Assembly (NCBI GenBank): GCA_964001175.1
Contig: CAXFAS010000005.1
Span: forward strand, 1,570 to 65,569
Reading direction: 5' to 3'
Length of the DNA: 64,000 nt
Origin: an uncultured euryarchaeote
Lineage (GTDB): Archaea > Thermoplasmatota > Poseidoniia > Poseidoniales > Poseidoniaceae
Part shown: positions 10,074-19,843 of the stretch, in pieces
How positions within the stretch are numbered: position 1 is the stretch's first letter
How the letters are laid out: every line of letters begins with the position of its first letter
Position numbers and translations under genes: made by a program
Notes under the pieces: model-generated
Told to the model about the DNA's origin: nothing
Databases searched by the model: none
Seen by the model: only the letters and a program-made list of their open reading frames with translations

Positions 10074-10742
10074 ATGGAAATTAGTTCTGATTATGATTCT
10101 TTCATCAAGCGAATCACCAGGCTAAATTTATATCTGGTAATTTCTAGTTTATTATTGGTTTTTATTGCCGTAATTTCTGTAATTTTTCTATCATCCAAAT
10201 TAATGATGAGTTCAATAATGGTTTTTGTTTACTTGATTATCTTTGGAATCAATTATTCAATCATAAATAAAAATAAGAAACAAGAGATTATAGATTTTGC
10301 AAGATTATTTGAAATTGATATTGAAAACGATTATGGTGAACTAAAAAATACGATCTCTTTGTACAAAAAAGGAGAATTTGAAAAAATTGAGGTTTCATTC
10401 ACAAATAAAAAGCATAGAAGATCTAGAGGCTTTGATGAAAAAGGCCCTACTGGCGGGGTCTTAATCTCTCCCTTAGACAAAAATAATCAACGTATTGATG
10501 CTATGACTAATGACGACTATCAAGATATCTCTGAAGAGATTACTGCTGGAGAGTCTTTACTTCGTGAAGCTGATGAGAAATATGCAGAGATGTCTGAAGA
10601 ACGATGGAAGAATGCTGAATCAAAAGATAAAGACTTAATCGAAGCCGGCGTTGAAAGATTGGGAGACTTAGTAAAAACTGATTGGTTCGAAAAAAATGCA
10701 AAGGATGGAGCGATAAAAGAACTATACAAGGATAAAGATTAA
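10074..10742 (+). CDS. Hypothetical membrane protein (2 N-terminal TM, acidic tail)
   Basis: Hydrophobic N-terminus; 4 nt after the previous stop. Confidence 0.6.
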   Translation: MEISSDYDSFIKRITRLNLYLVISSLLLVFIAVISVIFLSSKLMMSSIMVFVYLIIFGINYSIINKNKKQEIIDFARLFEIDIENDYGELKNTISLYKKGEFEKIEVSFTNKKHRRSRGFDEKGPTGGVLISPLDKNNQRIDAMTNDDYQDISEEITAGESLLREADEKYAEMSEERWKNAESKDKDLIEAGVERLGDLVKTDWFEKNAKDGAIKELYKDKD

Positions 10743-10784
10743 TCATAAGGAAGGGACAAATATGGGTTTAGGCTCGGATGTAAT

Positions 10785-11531
10785 ATGAAGGTGAAGGCAA
10801 TTCTGGTTGCTGGTGGGCATGGAAGTCGTCTATATCCTTTCACGAAATATACTCAAAAGACCCTCTTACCGTTGTATAACAGGCCTGTTATTGACTATGC
10901 TTTGGGAACAATTAGAAGAGCAGGGATTAAAGATATTACGATTATTTCAAATCAATTCATAGGCCAAATTGCCAAACATATAGGGGCTGGGATACCTGGT
11001 GAGAGAATTCACTATGTTCTTGAAGAAAAGCCAAAGGGAGTTGCTAATGCTCTTTCAATAGCAAGGCCTCACAATGAAGATTGTAGATTAATGATCTATT
11101 TTTCAGATAATATTACTACACTAGAATTGAAGGATTATGTCGATGAATTTAAAGCCGCTGAAGTAAATCCCGGTTGTGTTTTACTCGCAAGAGAGGAAGA
11201 TAATCCTGAAGCATTTGGAGTAGCAAAATTAAACGATTCAGGGGAAATCATTGATATTATTGAAAAGCCTAAAAATCCACCCTCTAACTTAGCAATCGGG
11301 GGAATCTATCTATTTGATGAAAGGTTTTGGCAATTTCTAGATATGTGTTTATCAGAAAATAAAAAGTCTCTCTCTATTTCTGATATTAACCGTATATACA
11401 TACAGAAGGGTTCGGTTAAATTACTAAATATTGGTGAGGATACATGGGTTGATTGTGGCACTCATGAATCTTTAATTCAAGCCAGTCTAATGGCTCAAGC
11501 AGGTAAATTAAATCCTTTTCCTCATAACTAA
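10785..11531 (+). CDS. Sugar-phosphate nucleotidyltransferase (RmlA-like)
   Basis: AGGHGSRLYPFT..KTLLP, IIEKP, WVDCGT. Confidence 0.85.
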   Translation: MKVKAILVAGGHGSRLYPFTKYTQKTLLPLYNRPVIDYALGTIRRAGIKDITIISNQFIGQIAKHIGAGIPGERIHYVLEEKPKGVANALSIARPHNEDCRLMIYFSDNITTLELKDYVDEFKAAEVNPGCVLLAREEDNPEAFGVAKLNDSGEIIDIIEKPKNPPSNLAIGGIYLFDERFWQFLDMCLSENKKSLSISDINRIYIQKGSVKLLNIGEDTWVDCGTHESLIQASLMAQAGKLNPFPHN

Positions 11532-11569
11532 TAGAAATCACCATACATTAAGGCTTTCTGCACCATAAT

Positions 11570-12394
11570 ATGAAAGTCGGAATAATCGGGGCTGGAATGG
11601 TTGGTGGGGCAATAGAATATTGCTTTTCTGATGCTCATGAGTTATTTGTTCATGACCCCTCAAGAGGTACAGATATTTCTATCGTGACTGATAATGTTGA
11701 TTTTGCATATATCGCCGTTCCTACCCCTCCACATCCTGAAACTGGAGCATGTGATACAAGAATCGTTGAAGAAGTTTTAGACTCTTTACCCGATGGATTT
11801 ACTGCCGTGATTAAGAGTACTGTTGTTCCTGGAACTACACAACTTTTCCATGAAAAATATCCAAATCTAAAAATCGCTTATTCACCGGAATTTCTTGTCG
11901 AAAGACGTCGATTAGAGGATTTTGCTAATCAAGATTTATTGGTTTGTGGGACTCACCATGAAGAAGTTGCTGAGATCGTTTTTAGACAACATAAGGAAGC
12001 TGGAGTAATAAGAACTGAAAATCTATTCCATGTCTCCCCTACCGAGGCTGAACTGGTAAAATATACAAAAAATACATTCTATGCAATTAAAGTTATTTTT
12101 GCTAATCAAATGTATGATATCTGCCAAAAACTAGGAGTCGATTGGTATACTATTCGAGAGATGATTACAGCCCCACAAGCCCAGCCTATTGGAGACTCAC
12201 ACCTCGATCCAATTTTTGGATTAAATCGTGGATTTGGTGGAAAGTGTTTGCCGAAGGATTCTCAAGCCCTGGGAGTTCTTGCTGAAAGTCTTGGATGCAA
12301 GTATGAATTACTAGAAGCGATACAGAAAGATAACTATGGATTACGAGAAATTTTGACTGGAAAGCCGAGTGATGTTGATACATTAGACGATTAA
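11570..12394 (+). CDS. UDP-glucose/GDP-mannose dehydrogenase family, short form
   Basis: [36 protein letters not shown]. Confidence 0.85.
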   Translation: MKVGIIGAGMVGGAIEYCFSDAHELFVHDPSRGTDISIVTDNVDFAYIAVPTPPHPETGACDTRIVEEVLDSLPDGFTAVIKSTVVPGTTQLFHEKYPNLKIAYSPEFLVERRRLEDFANQDLLVCGTHHEEVAEIVFRQHKEAGVIRTENLFHVSPTEAELVKYTKNTFYAIKVIFANQMYDICQKLGVDWYTIREMITAPQAQPIGDSHLDPIFGLNRGFGGKCLPKDSQALGVLAESLGCKYELLEAIQKDNYGLREILTGKPSDVDTLDD

Positions 12395-12409
12395 TTTGGT
12401 GGTGGAAAT

Positions 12410-12838
12410 ATAGGCCAAAAAAAGTTAGAAGAGGTTTTTCCTAGAGGTACATTACAACGATTTGCTACCGCAGGGGGGTTTAATACTCTCATTTTTTGGC
12501 TTTCATGGGAATTTTTTAGAATTACTCCGATTGTTGAAATCGTTGGAGAAACTTTTGTTTGGGCCATGTCTTGGATATTTTCTAGTTCAATCGCTCACTT
12601 CGTTCACAGATGGTTTACATTTGATGGCAGAAGAGATATACGACAAACTCTGATAAGAGCAATTTCTGTTTATTCATTTGGTTTAGTTGCTTCAACATTA
12701 AGTTATGATTCATTATTAATTATCACCGATTTGCCAATAAGACTAGTCTTTTTAGTCAATATGTGTATCTGGGGTATTGTAACTTGGGCTGCAATGAAGT
12801 GGTTTGTTTTTGGTTATACAGAAGATAGTGAAGAATAA
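12410..12838 (+). CDS. GtrA-family membrane protein, probable ATA start
   Basis: Frame open upstream of ATG 12566 back to 12395, encoding QRFATAGGFNTLIFW; HRWFTF and KWFVF motifs. Confidence 0.7.
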   Translation: MGQKKLEEVFPRGTLQRFATAGGFNTLIFWLSWEFFRITPIVEIVGETFVWAMSWIFSSSIAHFVHRWFTFDGRRDIRQTLIRAISVYSFGLVASTLSYDSLLIITDLPIRLVFLVNMCIWGIVTWAAMKWFVFGYTEDSEE

Positions 12839-12925
12839 TTTGGTGGGAAAAATTTACTTCAAATTAAGCAATTTTCTAGTATAATCTAGCGTGAAGTTCA
12901 TGGGTGATGAATTACAGGGACTGTC

Positions 12926-13357
12926 ATGTTGCCCGATACCATTCATAAATTGTCCCGAGAAGAAAGGTTTTCTTATGCAAGACTTCTAGCATTCATGACT
13001 AGAGTTGATAATGAATTAACTGTCGATGAAATGGCTATGTTTGAACAACGCCTTGGAACTGCTCTTTTATCGCCAAACCAAAGAGCAATGATCAGAGAGG
13101 CACTAAAATCTCCACCGCCTTTAGATGAGTGCTTAGCAGGCCTGAGTGAAGAGGCTGGTAGACTTGCGCTAAGAGATGCTGTTTTGATGGCAGCAGCTGA
13201 TGGGGAAGTGGATGATGATGAACGTGAAGTTTTGAAAGAAATCATATCTCACCTAGGATTACCTGAAGAAGCATTATCTCGTTTACTAAAATGGACTGTC
13301 GAAGGTTATGCATGGATGCAGAGTGGTTATGATATCCTCAATGACCTCTCGGAGTGA
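12926..13357 (+). CDS. TerB-family protein
   Basis: RVDNELTVDE and AAADGEVDDDER motifs. Confidence 0.8.
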   Translation: MLPDTIHKLSREERFSYARLLAFMTRVDNELTVDEMAMFEQRLGTALLSPNQRAMIREALKSPPPLDECLAGLSEEAGRLALRDAVLMAAADGEVDDDEREVLKEIISHLGLPEEALSRLLKWTVEGYAWMQSGYDILNDLSE

Positions 13358-13788
13358 AGTATTTGTTCCCAAACCCTGTTAATCAATTATCTCTTGAAGA
13401 GCGTAAAGCTCACGCAGAATTGATGGTGATAATTGCCTCGATTGATGGTGAATTAGTTCAAGAAGAATTAGCAATAATTGAATCACTAATGGGAATTTCT
13501 ATGCTTCACCCAGAAATGAGAGTTGATATTAGAAATATGCTATCTCATCCCTCGAATTTTGAAGAAGTGGTTGGTTCACTTTCTAAGCAGGGCTTGAAAA
13601 TCGCTTTACGAGATGGCGCCTTGGTAGCTGCTGTTGATGGAAATTATGATAAAAAAGAATTAAGGATTTTAAAGTCATTAGCAAAATTAGCAGATGTTGA
13701 TAACAAAACGTTATCTGAATTATTCGAATGGGTTGAAGAAACTTGGATACAATATAAGAATAGCAATAATATTCTTTCGATATCTTGA
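13354..13788 (+). CDS. TerB-family protein (tandem paralog)
   Basis: SIDGELVQEE and AAVDGNYDKKE; GTGA start/stop overlap. Confidence 0.8.
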   Translation: MKYLFPNPVNQLSLEERKAHAELMVIIASIDGELVQEELAIIESLMGISMLHPEMRVDIRNMLSHPSNFEEVVGSLSKQGLKIALRDGALVAAVDGNYDKKELRILKSLAKLADVDNKTLSELFEWVEETWIQYKNSNNILSIS

Positions 13789-13939
13789 AGATTTCCTTGT
13801 TCCGGTAAAATTTTTCTAGAAATGATACTTTTCATGGCGTTTTTATCCAGTTTACATAATTCAGTTTATGTAAAAAGTTAACACGATTCTTTATTACTGA
13901 TAAGCCGCTGGCTACTGCGTAGGCTCGAGATTGATTATT

Positions 13940-14521
13940 ATGGGACTTCATCCAAAGATAGGAATTACAGGATTGCCAAGAAGTGGTAAATCTGCTGTTA
14001 TGGAGAAAGTCCTCGAAATGTTAGTTGAAGAGAGGACCCGTGAAATTAATGTCAGAGGAAATCCAACTGGTAAGCCAATTGTTGGAGGTCTTAGAACTGA
14101 GCCTATTTTAGAAAATGGTGAAAGACTCGGTTACAAAGTGATCAATATTATCACTGAAGAAGAAGGAGTTATTGCACATAAGACATTTGATTCTCGTCTG
14201 AGAGTATTGGGTTATGGTCTTGATCTTAAAGCTCTGGAAGAAGTTGCTATACCTGCAATAAACTATGCTAAAGAAGAATGTGAAGTTTTAGTTATTGATG
14301 AAATTGGTAAATTTTCTGTTGAAAGCGAGGAATTTGTTAATTGTGTTAGAAGTGCTTTACAGGTCGATAAGCCAACTTTACTTACGCTACACAAGAAAAG
14401 TCGTCATCCTCTTCTTCAAGATATTCGTAGAAGAGATGATGGTAGAATACTAGAAGTTACTCCAGTCAATCGTGCTTTACTACCTTACAAAATCCATAAA
14501 TTAATGAGAGAGACTTACTGA
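13940..14521 (+). CDS. Nucleoside-triphosphatase (THEP1/NTPase_1)
   Basis: ITGLPRSGKS P-loop, LVIDEIGK, VTPVNR. Confidence 0.85.
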   Translation: MGLHPKIGITGLPRSGKSAVMEKVLEMLVEERTREINVRGNPTGKPIVGGLRTEPILENGERLGYKVINIITEEEGVIAHKTFDSRLRVLGYGLDLKALEEVAIPAINYAKEECEVLVIDEIGKFSVESEEFVNCVRSALQVDKPTLLTLHKKSRHPLLQDIRRRDDGRILEVTPVNRALLPYKIHKLMRETY

Positions 14522-14538
14522 TTTAGGATGGAAACAAT

Positions 14539-14877
14539 ATGAACGACCCTTCTAAGGCCGCTTCAAGAATTCTTTACTGTACGGGTTTTGGATTAATTTT
14601 AGCTTGTGGATTTGGTTTACTTGAAGGCCGTATGGAAATAACTCAATTAGGGATAGGCCATATTTTTCTTATAGTTGCTATGATTTCTATTCTCGTCGCC
14701 TTTTCTTTAGGGCAGCAATATAATTTCTTGGCAAAGATTTACCCGAATGAAAGTGAAGATGAAATGGTAGAGAGAATAAAGAACGAAATTCATGAAATCG
14801 AAGCAGAATCAGCGGTTGGAAATGCTTGGGCAAAACTAGAATCACAAGTTTTGGAAAAGGAATTAGAACAAGAATAA
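14539..14877 (+). CDS. Hypothetical membrane protein
   Basis: Two TM segments and an acidic tail. Confidence 0.6.
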   Translation: MNDPSKAASRILYCTGFGLILACGFGLLEGRMEITQLGIGHIFLIVAMISILVAFSLGQQYNFLAKIYPNESEDEMVERIKNEIHEIEAESAVGNAWAKLESQVLEKELEQE

Positions 14878-14939
14878 ATCTTCTATAATTACGAACATTG
14901 AAGAATTACCTTCTGTACGCTAGTATAGGAGATGATGAG

Positions 14940-15323
14940 ATGAGTGAGATTCCTGAAGGCTTGTACTACACAAAAGAACACGAATGGATTAAAGTCGATG
15001 GTGACCAAGTTATTATTGGAATCACTGACCACGCCCAAAACGCATTGACAGATATCGTATACATCGAACTTCCTGATGTCGGACAAACAATGGGCGATAT
15101 GGATGAGTTTGCAATTGTCGAATCTGTAAAATCTGCATCCCCAATTTTCGCTCCGCTGGCCGGAGAAATTACTGAAGTCAATGAAGAATTGGAAGATGCT
15201 CCCGAATTGATGAATTCAAGCCCTTACCAAGATGGATGGATTGTAAAGATGAAGTTAGATAACCTAGATGGGGTCAAATCATTAATGGATGCAAGCCAAT
15301 ATAAGGCTGAAATTGGCGAGTGA
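14940..15323 (+). CDS. gcvH: Glycine cleavage system H protein
   Basis: YTKEHEW, GITDHAQ, ESVK lipoyl-lysine motif, NSSPY..GW. Confidence 0.95.
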   Translation: MSEIPEGLYYTKEHEWIKVDGDQVIIGITDHAQNALTDIVYIELPDVGQTMGDMDEFAIVESVKSASPIFAPLAGEITEVNEELEDAPELMNSSPYQDGWIVKMKLDNLDGVKSLMDASQYKAEIGE

Positions 15324-15868
15324 GTATATTGAATCGTTCTGAAATGATCAGTCTTTATGTTGACGGTTCATGCTTAGAAAATCAAAATGTTGACACAAAT
15401 ACCCCCGCTGCTTGGGGATTGGTTGTTGTATCTGGTGATAATGGATTAGGCAAAGGAAACGGCGAGATAGTTGAGGAAATATTTGGCAATGTAGTCACCT
15501 CGCCAACAGATGAAAGTTACCTTGGGGCTGAGGTTGGTTCGAATAATACTGCTGAATTATCTGGATTCGCTGAAGCATTGAGGTGGTTATTGATTGAAGG
15601 TAGTGATACGCCTGCAATAATTAGAACCGATTCGCTATATGCTGGTAATCTTGCAACGGGGAAATGGAACGCCAAGGCTAATAAAAAAATAGTCGAATCT
15701 TTACAGAAATTATGGAAAGAAGTCAAAACTCTTAGGGAAATTGATTGGGAACATGTAAAAGCTCATCGCGGACATCGTTGGAATGAAAGGGCAGACCACC
15801 TTGCATTAAGGTGCGCTCAAGGGATAAACCCAATCCCACTTTCATTTTGGAAACCAGGTCAACGCTAA
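15320..15868 (+). CDS. rnhA: Ribonuclease HI
   Basis: YVDGSC, NNTAEL, TDS, HVKAH..NERAD catalytic set. Confidence 0.88.
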   Translation: MSILNRSEMISLYVDGSCLENQNVDTNTPAAWGLVVVSGDNGLGKGNGEIVEEIFGNVVTSPTDESYLGAEVGSNNTAELSGFAEALRWLLIEGSDTPAIIRTDSLYAGNLATGKWNAKANKKIVESLQKLWKEVKTLREIDWEHVKAHRGHRWNERADHLALRCAQGINPIPLSFWKPGQR

Positions 15869-16731
15869 TCTTTGATTCTTAGTTTTAACCAATCAGAAAA
15901 TTGTTTCGATAGGTCTGTTCGTTGTAGAGCATGGTCAACTTGAGCTTGTAACCAAGAATAGGGATTTCCTGAATCATACCAACTAAAACCATCCAATCTA
16001 ACTCCAATGAAACCATTGCCTTTCATCCAATGTTTTTGTAACTCAATTGATTGTAATTCCCCATACTTTTCAACTGTATAAATTTCGTTCAATAATTGCT
16101 TAGAATCTGCAGTGAAGAGATATCTGCCACATAAAACTAAATTAGATGGAGCAAATTCTAATTCGGGTTTTTCTACTACATTCTTAATCAATTCTCCATC
16201 CAATTCCACCACGCCGTAACTGGATAAATCTTCATCCTTAACGGGTAAAATTGCTCCACATGGAAGACTATTCTTTTCATAGCATTCAACCAATAATTTA
16301 CTTGCATTTGATGGGATATAATCTTTAGTTGATGAATGGTTATCGGTAATTATATTGTCACCAAGTAACACCAAGAAAGGGCCCGCTATTTCATCAAGTG
16401 CACATGAAATAGCATCGCCAAGTCCCAATTGTTGTTTTTGAATATGTACTTTTATTTCGATGTTTGAAAAAGATGAAAATAAATTTTCATCAAGTTCCGG
16501 TCGATTAGAATGTAAATGGGAAATGTCCCTAAGTAAAGGCGATAAGTCCTTGTTTGGAGATGTTATTATGTGAATTCTTTTTACTCCAGCTGCTTTTGCT
16601 TCTTGTGCCAAATGAATCATTACTGGAATATCTATCAACGGAAGTGATTCCTTGGATAAAAAAGCACTAACTGGATACATACGAGTACCTAAACCACCTG
16701 CAACAATCAATGCGTCTTCAACTACCGCCAT
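15865..16731 (-). CDS. galU: UTP--glucose-1-phosphate uridylyltransferase family
   Basis: AGGLGTRMYP..KESLP, Q..QLGLGDA, LLGD, VEKP, DSGN. Confidence 0.8.
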   Translation of the reverse strand: MAVVEDALIVAGGLGTRMYPVSAFLSKESLPLIDIPVMIHLAQEAKAAGVKRIHIITSPNKDLSPLLRDISHLHSNRPELDENLFSSFSNIEIKVHIQKQQLGLGDAISCALDEIAGPFLVLLGDNIITDNHSSTKDYIPSNASKLLVECYEKNSLPCGAILPVKDEDLSSYGVVELDGELIKNVVEKPELEFAPSNLVLCGRYLFTADSKQLLNEIYTVEKYGELQSIELQKHWMKGNGFIGVRLDGFSWYDSGNPYSWLQAQVDHALQRTDLSKQFSDWLKLRIKD

Positions 16732-16785
16732 TATTCCTGCTAACAGGCACATACTTTCAAGCATAACCCAAATTCATGTCCACTT

Positions 16786-17214
16786 ATGGGCGAAGTACCT
16801 GAGTGGCGACTATTGGCGGCGTTCGGTATTATCTGTTTAGTTCAAACCTTCTTAGATTTCACTCCCGCTGGGCCATGGGATTCTCGATCATTCAGCAGAG
16901 GAGTCATTGGATTAATTGGATTGGTGTCTATTTACATCTCTTGGTTTAGATTCACATTCCAACAAAAGGGGTTAATTCCTACTATCGGAATATTGAAGAA
17001 TCCTGAGAAGAGCTGGCTTTATGTGTTAATCTTAGGTATTATTTGCTATCTATTTGTAATATTAATGAATAAAATGAATTTTGATAAATATTTTCCTGAA
17101 ACCACAGGTATGATAATTTTGTTAATTGGTAGTTTGGCAATCTTAAACTCAATTTATGTTTGGATGGTAATAAGTGGTCCTCTAAAAGAAAATTTAGTTA
17201 GAGAACAAGAGTAA
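16786..17214 (+). CDS. Hypothetical membrane protein (4 TM)
   Basis: Four hydrophobic segments. Confidence 0.65.
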   Translation: MGEVPEWRLLAAFGIICLVQTFLDFTPAGPWDSRSFSRGVIGLIGLVSIYISWFRFTFQQKGLIPTIGILKNPEKSWLYVLILGIICYLFVILMNKMNFDKYFPETTGMIILLIGSLAILNSIYVWMVISGPLKENLVREQE

Positions 17215-17215
17215 A

Positions 17216-18694
17216 TCAGTCAAGGAAGCCTAACTCTTGATCTAATGTCTGTAATGCGTCACCAATACTAGGTAATTCATCTGGTGCCTGCATAGAACTT
17301 TTATGAATTTTCACCTGAACATTTTCAGGAATCTTTCCACCCTCAGAAATCCATTTCATCCAGATTTCTGCTCTTTCAGGTCGTCTAAGTTTGAGGTTAT
17401 CCCATAATTGTTCTAAAGAACAATTTTTATTTTTTAAATCAGTAATTCGACCTGCGAAATGTTCTGATGAAACCTCTTCCATACGTATCAATAACTCTCG
17501 CATCCGAGTTCTTACTACTTCATCGCCATCTTTCCATAGTATTGGTAGAATGTTTTTCTCATCCTCTGGAAACATTTCGATATAATCTCTTAAACCAGGC
17601 ACTAGATTTCTCCTGACTAAAGGCAATGGATGCTGACTTAATTCTAACATTTTTACGGTCCATAATTCGGCATCAAAAAACTTCAAATCTCCGACAGTGG
17701 AACTAGCAGCAGCTAAAACAACTTCATCATCATCTAGTAACATCTTTTCAAAAAATGGTAAAGCATCAACGGAAAGTCTACGAAATAATCTAGTCAATAC
17801 ATCAGCCATGGCTCTCCTAATTTCTAATTCTCTTCTATCGATTAGTCTCTGGCTTAATTTTAAACCTAAATCTCGGTTGAAATCAATTAGTTTTGCCAAA
17901 CAAAGCGTAATCTTTACCGCCACATCAGGGGATTTATCTAGAGCCCTTCTCATAAGTATCTCTGGTAAATTTAATGATTCTATTAGACCAGGTCTCTCAA
18001 GAAGTAATCTGATCCATTCTATCAATAAGGAACGTCGATCTTCTCCACTATTTTCTAATCTTTCAAGCAACCATATTGCCGCTTTAATTCCTTCTTCATG
18101 AGCAACTACACTGGTGATTCTAGGTACTTTTGCGTGAGGATTCCAATCTATATTTTGTGGACCAGATTCCGGTTGAGTGTGCCATGTACCTGGCCTTTCT
18201 GCTAAAGCAATTGATTCTATTAAGTGATATCCTTGATGAACAGACTGCCCTCTAGGAACTGTTGACATTCCGTCTATTAGACATAAACTAACCCACCATC
18301 TATCTGTATTGGGCGCAGAGGGGTCTAGTGATTGAGCAAGCCATTCTGTGGCGATTAGAAATACCATTCTTTCTGAGACAGTGTAGACTCTTTTCGCTAG
18401 CCATTTCTGATGTACTTCAAACGGGTCATCGGTCAAGTTCATTCTATGTGGGACTATCAAATCTACAACAGAGTTTAATTTATGATCAAACATTCCTTTA
18501 TCTGCATGCAATAATCCTAAGCCTTTCTCAATTATCTCTTGAGGCGAGATAGGGTGTACTGGGGGGAAATCACTGTCGATAATTGGTGGTGAAGGTAATG
18601 GCCAAGATTGAGTCCCTCTCTCTAATGCCTCAACTAATAGGGTTGCAACTTTCTCAAAGGTAATTTGAGAAAGTCTATTTCGGCTCTTTCCCAT
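17216..18694 (-). CDS. Hypothetical protein with C-terminal HEAT-like repeats
   Basis: Repeated D..P/E.VR helical motifs; lies directly downstream of tfb. Confidence 0.65.
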   Translation of the reverse strand: MGKSRNRLSQITFEKVATLLVEALERGTQSWPLPSPPIIDSDFPPVHPISPQEIIEKGLGLLHADKGMFDHKLNSVVDLIVPHRMNLTDDPFEVHQKWLAKRVYTVSERMVFLIATEWLAQSLDPSAPNTDRWWVSLCLIDGMSTVPRGQSVHQGYHLIESIALAERPGTWHTQPESGPQNIDWNPHAKVPRITSVVAHEEGIKAAIWLLERLENSGEDRRSLLIEWIRLLLERPGLIESLNLPEILMRRALDKSPDVAVKITLCLAKLIDFNRDLGLKLSQRLIDRRELEIRRAMADVLTRLFRRLSVDALPFFEKMLLDDDEVVLAAASSTVGDLKFFDAELWTVKMLELSQHPLPLVRRNLVPGLRDYIEMFPEDEKNILPILWKDGDEVVRTRMRELLIRMEEVSSEHFAGRITDLKNKNCSLEQLWDNLKLRRPERAEIWMKWISEGGKIPENVQVKIHKSSMQAPDELPSIGDALQTLDQELGFLD

Positions 18695-18732
18695 GGACTA
18701 AACACCTTACGCCTATTTAGAAAATAAACGAC

Positions 18733-19662
18733 TTAAATGTCAAGTTCAATATTCAAATTTTGAATTAATTCCTTGTATCTATTTCGAATAGTTACTTCAG
18801 TTACTCCTGCAACTTCTGCTACTTCTCTTTGAGTTCTGCGCTTACCGCAAAGAACCGAAGCGATGTAAATAATTGATGCAGCAATACCTGTTGGTCCTCT
18901 TCCACTGGTAAGTTCTTTTTCTTGAGCCGCTTTAATCAATTCATACGCTTTTGCTTCAACTTCAGCATCTAATCCTAATCCGGAACAGAATCTAGAGATA
19001 TAATCTTCAGGTCCTGTTGGCATGATCTTCATTTTCAACTCTCTAACCATAAATCTGTAAGTTCTTCCTATCTCTTTTCTTCCGGTACGAGATGCTTGTC
19101 CAATCTCATCAAGAGTTCTTGGAACTCCACACTGTCTGCAAGCAGCATATAGAGATGCAGCGGCAACCCCTTCAATAGAACGGCCTCTAATTAGGCGCTT
19201 ATCAACTGCTTTCTTGTAATTGACCGCTGCTGCTTCGCGAACTGATTTTGGTAATTCTAAACGGCTAGCCATTCGATCTAATTCTGCTAGTGCCATAGCA
19301 AGATTTCTTTCGGTTGCATTGGAAACACGGCTTCTCTTTTGCCACTTCCTCATTCGGTAGAATTGAGATCTATATCTAGAATTAATTGTCTTTCCAGAAT
19401 AGTCTTTATTTTGCCAATCTATATCTGTAGACAAACCTTTGTCGTGAAGCATAACGGTCATTGGTGCACCAGTTCTAGCTCTTTGATCACCTTGCTCTGG
19501 GGAGAAAACTCTCCATTCTGCACCTTGATCGATAACATTGTCTTCTAAAACCAATCCACAGTCGTCACAAACGACTTCACCACGTGTCTCGTCACGGGTT
19601 AAATTTCTACTTCCGCAATCGCTACATTTTACTATATCTTCTACTTGTTGTTGTTCATCCAT
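18733..19662 (-). CDS. tfb: Transcription initiation factor IIB
   Basis: CSDC..CDDC zinc ribbon, EWRVF, two cyclin repeats, [12 protein letters not shown]. Confidence 0.97.
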   Translation of the reverse strand: MDEQQQVEDIVKCSDCGSRNLTRDETRGEVVCDDCGLVLEDNVIDQGAEWRVFSPEQGDQRARTGAPMTVMLHDKGLSTDIDWQNKDYSGKTINSRYRSQFYRMRKWQKRSRVSNATERNLAMALAELDRMASRLELPKSVREAAAVNYKKAVDKRLIRGRSIEGVAAASLYAACRQCGVPRTLDEIGQASRTGRKEIGRTYRFMVRELKMKIMPTGPEDYISRFCSGLGLDAEVEAKAYELIKAAQEKELTSGRGPTGIAASIIYIASVLCGKRRTQREVAEVAGVTEVTIRNRYKELIQNLNIELDI

Positions 19663-19843
19663 ATTTAGTCCTCTCCAATTGCCATTAAGGGCAACACTCT
19701 TAACCCCTTAGACTAGGTTATATGAATGTTTTGCATAAGATTAGATAACATGAAATTAATACTTTTTCAAAGTTTATTTTTTGTATTTATAACATTATGA
19801 ATAACCGTTATACATGGAAGCATTGTGCAGTATAATGTGTGCT

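Noticed and set aside
13789-13930. AT-rich intergenic region as possible ncRNA or replication origin
   Set aside because: No stable hairpin, ORB-like repeat or cdc6 gene; best explained as terminator plus promoter
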